Assembly: GCF_037042905.1 (NCBI RefSeq)
Contig: NC_087252.1
Span: 9,116,001-9,180,000, forward strand
Source: Lytechinus pictus
Lineage: Eukaryota
Direction: 5' to 3'
DNA length: 64,000 nucleotides
Position 1 is the stretch's first letter; each line of letters opens with the position of its first letter. Positions 52,272-64,000 of this stretch are shown here, in pieces. A program made the position numbers and the translations under genes. Below the pieces are notes generated by a model. That model searched no databases and was not told the DNA's origin. It saw nothing but the letters and a program-made list of their open reading frames with translations.

Positions 52272-55200
52272 ATGGATTTGAAGCTGATGACACATAATGT
52301 GAACGGATTGGGGGACTTTAAAGCAAGGAAACGTTATTTTAATTATATGCTTAAACAGAACAAAGATATTATCCTTTTACAGGAAACTCATTCTGTAGAA
52401 AAGGAAGAATCATTATGGAGAAATCAAGTTAGAGCTGATATTATTTTCAGTCATGGAACTTCTAAGAGCAGAGGAGTATGCATTATATTAAGAAAGACAC
52501 CTGATTTTAAAGTGTTAGACTCCATTAAAGATATAATGGGACGATTTTTATTGGTAAAAGTTGAAATTCAGAAGAAAGTTTATGTGATTTGTAACATATA
52601 TGCACCAAATAATGAGACGGATCAGGTTGAGTTTTTTAAGAAGGTAGAATTGACCATACAAGATAATGTTGAAAATGGGGAAATTCTTATAATTGGTGGG
52701 GACTTTAATTTAATTCAAAACCTTGATCTGGACAGGGCAGGTGGCTCAATGAAAAGTATTTGGAAGCACTCTGTGAATCTTATAGAAAGTATGAAAATTT
52801 ATTTTGGTTTGGCTGATGTATGGAGAATCAGAAACCCTTGCAAAAAAGGATTTACTTGGAGAAGGTATAACCCAATGGTGCAATCTAGATTGGATTTTTG
52901 GTTAATCCATGAATCATTACAGAATACAATTAGTGAAAATGATATTATACCGTGTGTTTTGTCTGATCATGATCATGTTAGTTTACACATGAAAATTGGG
53001 ACAAAAAAGTTTGGTCCGTCCTACTGGAAATTTAACAATAGTCTATTGAATGATATGGAGTATGTTAATGCTTTAACTAATAAATACTCAAAATGGATTG
53101 ATGAGTTTACAGATAGTAATGACAAAGGAGGACTATGGGACTGGTTAAAGTTTAAAATTAGAGAATTTACTGTACCATTTTCTAAGAAGAAGAAATGTGA
53201 AAGGGAAGAGAAAAGAAAGGATTTTGAAAAAGAGTTGAAGAAAATAGATGACATGATGGCAGCAGAAGATATAGATGAAGAATTAATGAAAAAGAAAAGG
53301 GAGATAGAACAGGAGTTGTTTAAAATATATGACTATTTTGCAGATGGGGCAATATTGAGGTCAAGGTGTACATGGTACGAGAAAGGGGAAAAGAGTACTA
53401 AATATTTTTTGTCATTGGAAAAAGGTCAAGCAGCAAACTCTAATATTGATGTTTTAATTTCAGATGTGGGACGTATTGATAAACAGTATGAAATACAGGA
53501 TTTCATTAAGAATTCATATAAAACTTTGTTTGAGAACAAAGATAAGGTTGAAGATGAGGTGAGTAGAGAGTACATAAGTCAGAGTAACATCAAGCAACTC
53601 ACAGATGAAGAAAGAAATTCGTGTGAAGGAAACATCACTTGCTCTGAAGCTAGGGCAGAATTGTTAAAAATGGCTAGAAATAAAACACCTGGGAACGATG
53701 GGTTAACTGTGGAGTTTTATGAGAGGTTTTGGCCTTTGATATCAAAAGAAGTTATTGATTCTTTCAATTTTGCATATGAAAATAGTGCAATGTCTGTGTC
53801 ACAAAGACAAGGTACAATTAAACTCATCCCTAAGCCTGATAAAGATAAACACACACTGAGCAATTGGCGTCCCATAACTCTTTTAAACGTAGATGTTAAA
53901 ATACTTTCTAAATGCTTGGCGAAGAGAGTTGCTAAGGTGATAGGAAAGTTAGTAGATAGTCAACAAACTGCCTTTATTAAAGGCAGATACATAGGGGAAG
54001 GAATAAGGTTAATATCAGACCTTTTACAATATACTGAGGAGGAGAATTTGAGAGGTATTATGCTAGCCCTTGATCTGACAAAAGCATTTGATTCAATAAG
54101 CCACAGGTTCATGCTAAATTGTTTAGAAGTGTTCAATTTTGGACCATTTTTCATACAATGGGTTAGAACATTGCACACTAATATAAGTAGTTGTGTTTTG
54201 GTGAATGGATTTACCACTGGCTATTTTCCAGTGTCTAGAGGAGTCAGACAAGGTGATCCTCTTGCTCCTTTACTGTTTATACTGAGCTTGGAAGTTGTTC
54301 TTACAAGACTTAATAATAATGATAATATTCAGGCTTTTGAACTTAGTGGAAAACAAATAAAGTATACAGCATATGCTGACGACATAACTTGCTTTTGTAG
54401 GAATGTTCAATCAATGAAGATGGTTTTCAAAGTTTTTGAAGAATTCTCAATCATATCAGGTCTTTATTTGAATAAAACAAAAACGGAAGGAATTTGGATT
54501 GGGAAAGATAGGCACAATGGAGAAAAAACAAATGATATACATTGGGCAGACAAAAGCATAAGAGTTTTAGGCATTTATTTCTCATATGATCAGGAAATAG
54601 TCAGGAAACTGAACTTTGATAAGAGACTGGATGAAATAAAATGTACTTTCTTAAGATGGAAGAATCGGGGATTAACTTTATTAGGGAAAGTTCAACTATT
54701 GAAAACATTTGTTATGTCTAAGATTATGTATATAGTTTCCAATATTGTAATACCCGATGATTTTGTTAAGGAGGTTGAAAAGTTGATGTTTCAGTTTATG
54801 TGGAAAGGCCCAGATAAGATATCACGGGCAACAATGATTGCAGATTATACCGAAGGTGGTCTGAAATTCCCGAAACTAAAATGCATGATAGAGACACAGC
54901 TGGTTAAGTGGATTCAGAGATACTATACAGAATCAGATCATCATTGGAAATTGTTCTTTGACCATTATTGTAAACGATTTGGTGGAAAATTGATTTTTAT
55001 GAGTAATTATTTTGTGAGCCAGTTGAACTCTCTTGGAATTCCCTTATTTTATCATAACTTGCTGTTAGCATGGTCCAAGACAAAGGAGTATAATCAATTT
55101 GTTGATGATCAAGGAACCCAAGCAAGTGTACTTAGTCAAATTGTTTGGAATAATCAATATATTCTTATTGATAATAAATCAGTATACTGTAAGGCCTTTC

Positions 55201-56054
55201 ATGAGGCAGGTCTATGTTATGTATATCAACTTTTTGATCTACATGGAAACATAATGCAATTTAATTTTTGGAAAGCAAGAGGAGTACCACATAAATATTA
55301 CATGATATATTTGGCAATAGTATCACTAGTCAGGAAGAAATGGGGAAGTTCATTTAATCAATTGTTGATACAAATGTTCTTGGAGAAAATAGATTATGAA
55401 CATGATCAGTCCGTCCTTTTGACAGGAGAAATTCAAAAACTAAAAACTAGAAATATTTATGTTGATTTAGTGAGTAAATTAACACATAGACCTGTCTGTG
55501 AGCCCCTATTTTCCACTAAATATGGGATAGAGGAGGAAGAATGGCCACAAATGTATTTACTCCCATTTAAATGCACAATAGAAGTTAAAATGAGAGTCTT
55601 CCAGTTTAAAATTTTGCATAATATTCTCTACACCAATGAGAGATTATTTAAAATGAAGCAAGTTGAGACAGAACTTTGCACATTGTGCAAGACCTCTGTT
55701 GAAACTCCTTTACATCTTTTTTATGAATGTAAGGTTGCTGAAGATTTAAGACATGCTTTTGTTGATAAAATTGGTCTGAAGCTATCTGTCAGATATGAGG
55801 ATCTATCTAGGAAAAGAATGATGTTTGGCTTCATAAAGGATTGGAAGGGACCACATAAAATATTACTGAATCACTTAATTATCTTATTGAAGAGATACAT
55901 TTATATTCAGAAATGCAGGAATTTAGTAGTAAGTTTTATAGGTTTTGAAGCATTCATTTGCAAAATCAGACATATAGAATTGGTAATTGCTAAACAAAAG
56001 CACAAAGAAAACATGCACTATAGAAAATGGTCCCCTATTGAGAATTTATTTTAA
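52272..56054 (+). CDS. LINE ORF2p (APE endonuclease + reverse transcriptase + C-terminal Zn knuckle), 1260 aa
   Basis: THNVNGL, LLQETH, NIYAPN, GGDFN, SRLDFWL, SDH; KTPGNDGL, NWRPITLLNVDVKILSK, DLTKAFD, GVRQGDPLAPLLF, YADD; CTLC...ETPLHLFYEC. Confidence 0.97.
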   Translation: MDLKLMTHNVNGLGDFKARKRYFNYMLKQNKDIILLQETHSVEKEESLWRNQVRADIIFSHGTSKSRGVCIILRKTPDFKVLDSIKDIMGRFLLVKVEIQKKVYVICNIYAPNNETDQVEFFKKVELTIQDNVENGEILIIGGDFNLIQNLDLDRAGGSMKSIWKHSVNLIESMKIYFGLADVWRIRNPCKKGFTWRRYNPMVQSRLDFWLIHESLQNTISENDIIPCVLSDHDHVSLHMKIGTKKFGPSYWKFNNSLLNDMEYVNALTNKYSKWIDEFTDSNDKGGLWDWLKFKIREFTVPFSKKKKCEREEKRKDFEKELKKIDDMMAAEDIDEELMKKKREIEQELFKIYDYFADGAILRSRCTWYEKGEKSTKYFLSLEKGQAANSNIDVLISDVGRIDKQYEIQDFIKNSYKTLFENKDKVEDEVSREYISQSNIKQLTDEERNSCEGNITCSEARAELLKMARNKTPGNDGLTVEFYERFWPLISKEVIDSFNFAYENSAMSVSQRQGTIKLIPKPDKDKHTLSNWRPITLLNVDVKILSKCLAKRVAKVIGKLVDSQQTAFIKGRYIGEGIRLISDLLQYTEEENLRGIMLALDLTKAFDSISHRFMLNCLEVFNFGPFFIQWVRTLHTNISSCVLVNGFTTGYFPVSRGVRQGDPLAPLLFILSLEVVLTRLNNNDNIQAFELSGKQIKYTAYADDITCFCRNVQSMKMVFKVFEEFSIISGLYLNKTKTEGIWIGKDRHNGEKTNDIHWADKSIRVLGIYFSYDQEIVRKLNFDKRLDEIKCTFLRWKNRGLTLLGKVQLLKTFVMSKIMYIVSNIVIPDDFVKEVEKLMFQFMWKGPDKISRATMIADYTEGGLKFPKLKCMIETQLVKWIQRYYTESDHHWKLFFDHYCKRFGGKLIFMSNYFVSQLNSLGIPLFYHNLLLAWSKTKEYNQFVDDQGTQASVLSQIVWNNQYILIDNKSVYCKAFHEAGLCYVYQLFDLHGNIMQFNFWKARGVPHKYYMIYLAIVSLVRKKWGSSFNQLLIQMFLEKIDYEHDQSVLLTGEIQKLKTRNIYVDLVSKLTHRPVCEPLFSTKYGIEEEEWPQMYLLPFKCTIEVKMRVFQFKILHNILYTNERLFKMKQVETELCTLCKTSVETPLHLFYECKVAEDLRHAFVDKIGLKLSVRYEDLSRKRMMFGFIKDWKGPHKILLNHLIILLKRYIYIQKCRNLVVSFIGFEAFICKIRHIELVIAKQKHKENMHYRKWSPIENLF

Positions 56055-57459
56055 TTATCCATAATTATATTTTGATGAAACAATCCAAACCACCAGGGAT
56101 TCATTTTTTAGCTTTTGCATCAGGTCTGTTTGTTTGTTGTTTTGTTTTGGTTTTTTTTTTGGTAATTGTTACAGTGATTCCTATTTAATTATTGTTCTTT
56201 TAATGTTATACAATTATGTAATTCATGTATGATTGTTGTTTTTGTAATGTTACGAAAAAATCTTGAAAATCAATAAAATTTGGAAAATAAAAAAAAATAA
56301 AAAAACGGCAGAGGTAAAAATGGCAGGGATTTTAATGGAAGAGGTAAAAATGGCAGAAGTAAAACACTTGGAGGTATTATTGCCAGTCGTAAATCCCAAT
56401 GCAATAGATTGTCCAAAAACCCCGCATGTCCATAGATTAGATAAGAATATATGTACACGGTTAGGCATTTCATCATAACATTATATCTTCATCGGCCGAA
56501 CAATGCTATTTACGAATTCTATGGAGGTGTATTTGAACCTTGAGGGCTTTTTTGAGATTTGAAAGACAGAAATTTCTTCATTTAATTTATCAAAAGCAAA
56601 ATGAAACTGGGCTATTCTCATTCATTTTTTAATAACATTCCATTTTGTCTGATCTAAAGCTTTGCAAGGTTTACCGATAAAAAAAGGAGGAGGAGTATAC
56701 ATGAGAGAGGTGGAAGGACAGAGACGGTTTGGGGGAGGGGGAAACAGAGAATATAGAGGGGAAAGCTTAGACGGTGAAATTGTCACGAACGATTGTGGTT
56801 AAATATTTTGTCCTTATTTGTATGCCGTCTGTACTAATCTTTTTAAACATTTGAATAACAATAGACATGCATTCCCAGGTTATGCGCTGAATTTGTAACT
56901 TATAAAAATCAATAATAATCTTGTTTTGCCTGGTGAACCAGTTTGGCATCAATCGAGGGTCTGGTTCAGTAACTTTGAAGATTATTTCTTCTTTTATGAC
57001 GGGACACAAAAGTTCTTCACGTAATCCTGACAGCCGCTTTCAAAATGTTCAATGGCATTTCTCTTGCAGGAAATATTAATGCATTGAGCATTGTGTAAAA
57101 AAAAATATCATTTATGATTTTGCACGCCAAGACTCAATACATAGTGAAACTAAAACTGAAATCAAAATGAAAATGAAATCTTGACGAGCGCTTGAAACAG
57201 CAGTTATTTTGTATGCATTTTTGTTCTATATTGCGTGAAAAAGTTAATTCTATGTAAATATTGTATATACGTTAAATGTTTTTAACGTTGTATATTATTT
57301 CCGAAACTCTTCCTAGATTTTTTGTTTTAGTCGAAAGAAAAAAATAATGGCAAATCTATAACGTTTTATATAGCACGCAAATTGGTTTCTACGTTTTACT
57401 TGTTAAGAAACTATTTTATTGGTCCTTCTCCCTCATTATCCATGCAACTTAAAGACATA

Positions 57460-58725
57460 CAGTGCGTATCAAACAAAAACCGGGACAGATTTGAAAAGTC
57501 TATAAATTATTGTCTCAAATTATGATGTCTATATTTTGGTGTAAATAGGTGCTCTTATATAGGTCTTATCTTTATCTGAGTAATATGATGATCAGACTTC
57601 TTGCTAATCAGGTGACTTCCTCTCGACCTTTTCATTATCTGTGCCACAATTTTCGAATTATGCTGTCAAATTTTATTTACAACTTTATTTATTTACTTGA
57701 ATTATTTTGTTTTTTTCATTTAAACTTCTCTTACCTTTTAATTTTCCTTCAAAAGTAACTGAGAAAAGAAGATTTTTTTTTCAACCAAAGCAAGAAGATT
57801 TGCATTATTAATTGGGAAAACTTGTCATTATTCAAATCCTTTTATTATGTGAAACAAATTATGTTATGTACCTTTAAAAGACATGAATCTATTTTTCAAG
57901 GGGTCATTGATTCCTTGACCAAGTTTAATTGCTTGACAGGAAACACAGGAAGGGATTTATGTCTTTCAATGACAATGGTATATTGAGTCAATTTCGAAGG
58001 AGCTAGATATGGGAGATCGGGAAAATGTATTCAAAATTTGTGAGCGAGCGAAGTGAGCACGCAAATATTCCCACTTTTTTATTACACTATCAAATTTTTT
58101 GATAAATTTTGACATAATATTCAGAAAATAATATCATATTTTACTTTCTATCTTTCCTTTTATTTCCTGTTCACCTTTTTTCTTCTTCATGATTTTTTTT
58201 ATTGAGGGGGAGCATTCGAAGCCCCCACACATCTGTGTGGCACTATTCAAAAGGCACCATAACGTTTGTACATGTAGCACACAATGAAAGGATTTTTTTT
58301 TGGGGGGGGGGAATCCACGCTTTCTCATACTTCGGTTGAAACAAAATTGTTTTAGCTTGAAGAAGGAATATTCAAAGCTAACAGAGAGCATGTTAGAAAG
58401 AAGCAACAACAGAACTATTCAAGCAAATAAATTTTGAATTTTGACCGCATGCTTTAAAAATTGTGGCAAAGATAATGAAAGAGTAAAGATGAAGTCTGCT
58501 CATTAGCAAGAAGTCCGATCATCATATTCATAATTTTAGGCCATTTTGGCGCAAGCCTCCTTTTTGACCCCAAACGAAAACATTCCGTGTTCGCTCAAGC
58601 ATGAACGAAACTAATTTTTTTAATAGCATTTGAAAGATAAGACCTTAGAACACCTATTAACACATTAGACATTATAATTTGATACAAAAAAATTATAGAC
58701 TTTTCAAATCTTTTTATACGCACTG
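57460..58725. mobile_element. Tc1/mariner-type MITE
   Basis: TA|CAGTGCGTAT...AGATTTGAAAAGTCTATAA / TTATAGACTTTTCAAATCT...ATACGCACTG|TA; interrupts the left arm of the inverted repeat. Confidence 0.8.
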
Positions 58726-59234
58726 TATAGTCGTGCATAATTTTTTTTATAAAAATGAATAGACTTTGCTTTTTAGGTAGATACAAAAAAGTACGAGTTA
58801 CATTATTTAAGAAAAACATAGTGTTGTAACTGGATGTAGCCATAAAAAGCCCAGATAGAATTATTAAGATAACCACACCTGATATCAAATATAGTGTATT
58901 CAGTATGAGAATTATATCAATAGAAAATTGATTCGTGAAATTGAAAGAGGTTGTCTAGATAGTGTAAACAAGTAATTTTATTTTCCATATTTAAAAGCAT
59001 GTAAAGCACTGCAGTAAAAACATATTGAGTTGTATAAATACGAAGACAAAATCGACCTATAAGAATAAGATTTGATTTTCCTTTGAACAAATGTGCCACG
59101 CCACCAACAACCGACAATCTGTCAGGGAATGTTCTCTCACTGGATATAGCCCCAGAAGTCTTAAAAAATTAAGAAATAGCAAATACTATTTGAAGAATGT
59201 TTCATCCTTTTCATGCTCCCAAATTTATAAATTA

Positions 59235-59940
59235 AACAAGTGGAACGCTTCTGGCAGTCTCGTCTGCATTACTCAATTCGATATACATGTATAAGCCTCG
59301 GAAAGTAGTTTTTCAAGATGGCGTTTGGCGGCCATCTTGGATTTGATCCGAAGATTATCCTTTATGTAAAATTACAACGTGAATTGAAGCAACATACCAA
59401 ATAACTCACCAATAGTATTAATGTTCATGATTCTGGGGCAAAGGGTTCAAAAGTTCATATTTCAAGATGGCGTCATATGGCGGCCATCTTGGAATTGACC
59501 TGAAGATAACATTATATTGCAAAATAGATAGCAGAAATGGATTCTACACACCCCAAAATCCCGAAACAAAGGTATTACTCATAATTCTGGGGCAAGGGGT
59601 TCAAATATTTTTTTCAAGATGGCATCTGGCGGTCATCTTGGATTTGACCTGAAGATGACCTTATGATGCAAAAATAATAATAGAAATGGATTATACACAA
59701 CCCTTAACCCGTAAAATTTGTTATTGCTCATCATTTGGGGCAAGGGGTTCAAAACTTAGGTTTTCAAGATGGCATGTGGCGGCCATTTTGGATTTATGCA
59801 AATTAGCAAAATTGCCCTTAGTTGCCGTTTGGGCAACCAAGCTGAATTTGTTCTAGGACCCCATACGAACATGAATCAAGAAAAAAACTTCATCGGAAGA
59901 ACATTTCTAGGTTCGGAAAATGTCAAATCGACTACTAGAG
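59235..59940 (+). mobile_element. non-autonomous repeat with ~150-bp internal tandem units (possibly Helentron-type)
   Basis: Starts AACAAGTGGAACGC; four units at 59314, 59463, 59615, 59765, each with the palindrome CAAGATGGC...GCCATCTTG; family assignment is tentative. Confidence 0.55.
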
Positions 59941-62900
59941 CTTCCTGGACCATTTGAGTGGGCCAATGCTGATGCAGGACCCCGGCCGCAAGGGGCTTCG
60001 CGCTCGTGATGTGCGCAAAAAACATCAAATTAGAGTCTCCAGTTTTCTAGGGGATCCAGGCGGGAGAATCTCCAGATCAGAAGGTGTTTGGGGTTGGAGT
60101 CTCTGCTTTATATTTACATAACTCAATATGTAATTACTGCAGTGGTTTTCATGCGTTTAAATATGAAAAATAACATTATGTGTCTACTACTGTGTAGAAA
60201 ACCTCTTTCAATTTCACGAATTAATTTTTTATTGATATAATTATCATACTGAATATAGTATATTTGATATCAGATGTGGTTATCTTAATACTTCGATATC
60301 GGTTTTTATGCCTACAACCAGTTACAACACTATTTTTTTTCTTAAATAATGCATCTCGTTCTTTTTTGTATCTACCTAAAAAGCAAAAGTCAATTCATTT
60401 TTATAAAAAAAAATTATGCACGACTATATTAAATTGCATCGATAATGAGGGAGAAGAACCAATAAAATAGTTTTCTTTTAACAAGTAAAACGTAGAAACC
60501 AATATGCGTGCCTTATAAAACGTTATACATTTGCCATTATTTTTTCTTTCGACTAACAAAAAAAATCTAGGAGGAGTTTTGGAAGCAAGATTTAACGTAT
60601 ATACAATATTTACATAGAATGAACTTTTTTCATGCAATAATGAAAAAAGAATGCATACAAAATAACTGCTGTTTCAAGCGCTCGTCAGGATTTCATAGAG
60701 ACTATAAGGCTACGCCCCTTCAAAGAATCATTTTGATTTCGGTTTTAGTTTCACTTTATATTATTATTGAGCGTTGGCGTGCAAAACCATAAATGATAAA
60801 GATTTCTTTTTTACACAATGCATTGATATTTCCTGCAAGAGAAATGCCATTATTAAAGCATTCTAAAAGCTTCCGTCAGGATTTCGTGAACAATTTTTGT
60901 GTCCCGTCATAAAAGAAGAAATAATCTTGATTTTATTAGTTTCATTTTGATTTTGGCCTTTTTACTTTCAGATTTAAGTTCCAAACGACCAATTTATCAA
61001 TGACATGGCGTGTGAAAGCACGAATAATTTGATTTTCTTTGGACCACTGTTCATAGTAAATTCTAAATGGACCGTTTCATTTGAATGAACTGCTTTGACA
61101 CACCTGAAATGGAGAGATCGACCTATTTCCATTGTATCCATGAACAAAGTTAATTCAATAATAACAACTTTCATTTTAGGGGCTAAGGTTGTCTGTTTAG
61201 AGATAAATACTTTTGATGCATATCGAATGGCATATTGGTATCTTTATTAGATTTTTTTTTTGCTTTTCTTATAAATTTTGGAAAATGATTTAACTGCAGG
61301 AATAAACTATCATTATTATAGGTTTTCCCGCTCAATTTCGCACTTAGTGCATGCAAGAGTATAAATAGTTCATTCAATTTCGCTAAAGAGCAACCAATAA
61401 TTCAAACTAGTCATCCAAAATCTCCATAGGGCGATCATTTTGGCTTAAGAGCAATCAAAAGTGTAAAAACACCAATCAGATTCGCCATACATGTAGTCCT
61501 CTCAAGTTAACACCGGAGGTCACGTGTCTGAAGACAGAGCGTTCAATTTCGCTATTATGTATCCATGTTCATAACTAGTGCATTCAGTTTAGCACTGTAT
61601 TTACATGACTTGTTATACATATTCAAACATTCCTCGCTTGTTTTTTTTCCGGCCTGCAGTATGTGTGCCACCAGTGACCATTCATAAGACTGCACTGGAC
61701 GATTTACATTATTCTTTACAGATGCTTGTAAAAAAACAATATAAATAAAATAGAAGCAGTAGCCTACTTATTTAGAAATTTGTTTTGTCTTATTAAGTAT
61801 ATACATTTAATTTTATGTTTTTAAAGATTATAAAAGGTTTTAAAAAAATTACATAAGGGAAGAAAACCGCAGTCAATGTCTCAAGTTTTGATGAAAAGAT
61901 ATTTGTTTTAAATGGTTAAAGTCATAGGAAAACACATGCAAGATAAAAAGAACATTAAACGTAAATATGAAAGAAGAAAATCATGATATTGTATACATGC
62001 TATGATTATGTCTCGAGTCAATGCATATATCGATGAGATGGTGCAAATGACAAGAAAATATACATTAAGAACAAAAAAAAATACAAATATACAAAAGACA
62101 TATGAATTAACACAGGGAAATGTCAGCAAATTTTCCCTCTGTTAATTCATATGCCTTTAGCCATCCGATATTTAATATGGACATAGTAAGCTCATAAAAT
62201 GGAAGAAAATATAAACATGAGAAAGTTATAAAACAAATAGAAAAAAATACGTGTGCTAAATTGCATGCTCATATTGTATAATTGAATGCCCTAACAATGG
62301 CGAAATCGAATGCCCTTACATAGCTCGAGGGGGTTTCACGGGCGAACTTGGTTGCATTATGTACAAATTCGTAAGCCGAGTGGCACATTTTTTTTAACAA
62401 GTGCACACCAAGTTACCAATAATGCACATAGCATTTCCATTAATTTCAAAGCAGGATAAAAGAGATAATTAGAAAATAAGGATTTGGTTGTTCTAAAGCG
62501 ACCATGAATGCCAAATTGCTATTTTGGTTGCACTATAGCGAATTTGAATGCCGACTGGTGATTTCGGCTGCCCTATCTAATATATTGAATGATCTATTTA
62601 TACTTTCTCATGCACTATGTGCGAAAATCAATGACCTATCTTTACTTTTGCATGCACTAAGTGCGAAATTGGACGAAAAATCTATATTTCAAAATAAATT
62701 TTCCATATCCGTTTCATTTTTTTTCCATGAGGAAAACATTTCTATATATACATAAGGTTACATAAGGTTCAGTTCTGGACGAGGGATCTTCTGTTCCTCT
62801 AGGTCCAGCTCCTGGTGGTAAACAGTGACGTCTGAATAATTAGCGCGGTCCGGGGGCGAATTTTTAAACCGTAGGATGGCCACTGAAGAATCATGAATTA

Positions 62901-63302
62901 TTCATGAGCCATTCGCTTCGCAATCCGCCTCCCTCAACACACTAGTCTCTAATAGAGACCGTGTTTATTGTGAGCGTTTAAACGCTGCTTATGTTATGAC
63001 AGTTTTTTTTTTTCGTCTTGAATTATATTCTTTCCTCATCTTGATAAAAAAAATATATTGTAGTTATTAATCCAAGATTAAATCTAGATCTACTACAAAA
63101 TATCTCGCCGCACAAAATATGAACCTTATAATCAAATTTGAATTCTGCATTACGCCACCAAAAATCAATCGTTTTTTTTCAAATTGTAATACATCCTTAG
63201 ACTCTACTATATCAATGAAATAGTTTAGCAAAAACCTTTAAGAGAAAATTTCTAATTTCAAAAAACATTTCCAAGTCGAATATTGTTGTTTGTTGTTTTT
63301 GG

Positions 63303-64000
63303 CAGTCGCGTAACAGCCGGGGGAAGGGGGCAGGTGGGCAAGGTGCCCCCCTGGCGGATTTCACAGGGGAAAAAGGGAAAAGGAAGGGAGAAAGAAAGGG
63401 AAAGGGGAAGGAAAGGGGGAAAAGAAAGAAGGAAAAGGAAAGGAAAAAGGGTGCACTTTTTAAAAAGACTTTATTTGGATGTGCGCAGATGTTTCTGGAT
63501 GAAAGTTCATGGTTGATATTACGCCGCCATGTCGACTCCTTCATAGACTTTGTAAACGGGGGCGTATTTTATTCTCGTATGAAAAATAAAAAATATATAT
63601 TTATCCCCTCTATGAACGTAATGTCCCACCTTCCCCTAATATGGTTAATTTCATTTTCAATATGAAAGGATTTTCTTTCCATATCACTGATCTAACGAAA
63701 ATATTTCATTTGTCTGTACATAACACGAATAGCATCAGAACACGTTTGGACCTAAAAAGAAACTTAATCTAAAATTGAAACAAAATTATTTAAGGTGGGA
63801 GGTATTCTTTTTTACAATTGTACATAGAAGTTGTTTACAAACCCCTATATATCGTGTAGACGCCTTCAATGTCGGTTGTCTCTTACCATCTATTCACCCC
63901 GAAATCACGGCCGTCAGCGCAAAGGATTATCATTTAAGTTTCGGGGGGGGGGGGCTGTGAACATCTTCAGTTGCGCCCCCAACGCAACAGATAATCCTCT
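63303..64000. mobile_element. hAT-type non-autonomous element related to 14484-16341, right end not resolved
   Basis: CAGTCGCGTAACAG...CCCCCTGGCGGATTTCAC plus purine-rich tract matches the 14484-14620 segment. Confidence 0.6.

Larger units (their letters stand above)
50773..56303 (+). mobile_element. full-length L1/Tx1-group LINE, both ORFs open
   Basis: 81-bp 5' UTR, ORF1, 452-bp spacer, ORF2, 3' UTR with AATAAA (56272) and A-rich tail; 11-bp TSD AACGGCAGAGG (50762-50772, 56304-56314). Confidence 0.95.
56978..60928. repeat. long inverted repeat, ~0.8-kb arms (56978-57452 + 58727-59035 vs 60115-60928)
   Basis: E.g. AAGATTATTTCTTCTTTTATGACGGGACACAAAA mirrored at 60896-60928; TATAGTCGTGCATAATTTTTTTTATAAAAATGAAT mirrored at ~60392-60428. 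Confidence 0.85.

Noticed and set aside
10265..56303. flamenco-like antisense piRNA cluster driven divergently from the maelstrom promoter
   Set aside because: The large elements (CR1, BEL, Tx1) are sense to such a transcript and the others are mixed, so there is no antisense bias.

Overview
AT-rich, repeat-dense animal genomic DNA; the SINE/MITE repertoire suggests an echinoderm, probably a sea urchin (inference). One host gene is recognisable: the first seven coding exons of maelstrom (HMG box + MAEL domain, piRNA pathway) on the minus strand at 981-8901, running off the left edge; its first intron holds a duplicated fragment of exon 1. The rest is mostly mobile DNA. It includes a very young, structurally complete BEL/Pao LTR retrotransposon (20609-29689) with 1633-bp LTRs that appear to contain a ~975-bp intron, no canonical tRNA primer-binding site, and a nonsense codon near the end of pol. 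It also includes a full-length, intact L1/Tx1-group LINE (50773-56303) inserted with an 11-bp TSD into a 15-bp tandem repeat. Also present are fossil CR1, L2 and Tx1 fragments, tRNA-SINEs, many TIR MITEs, two local tandem duplications carrying promoter-like motifs, and a ~4-kb long inverted repeat. All calls were made by eye, without database searches.
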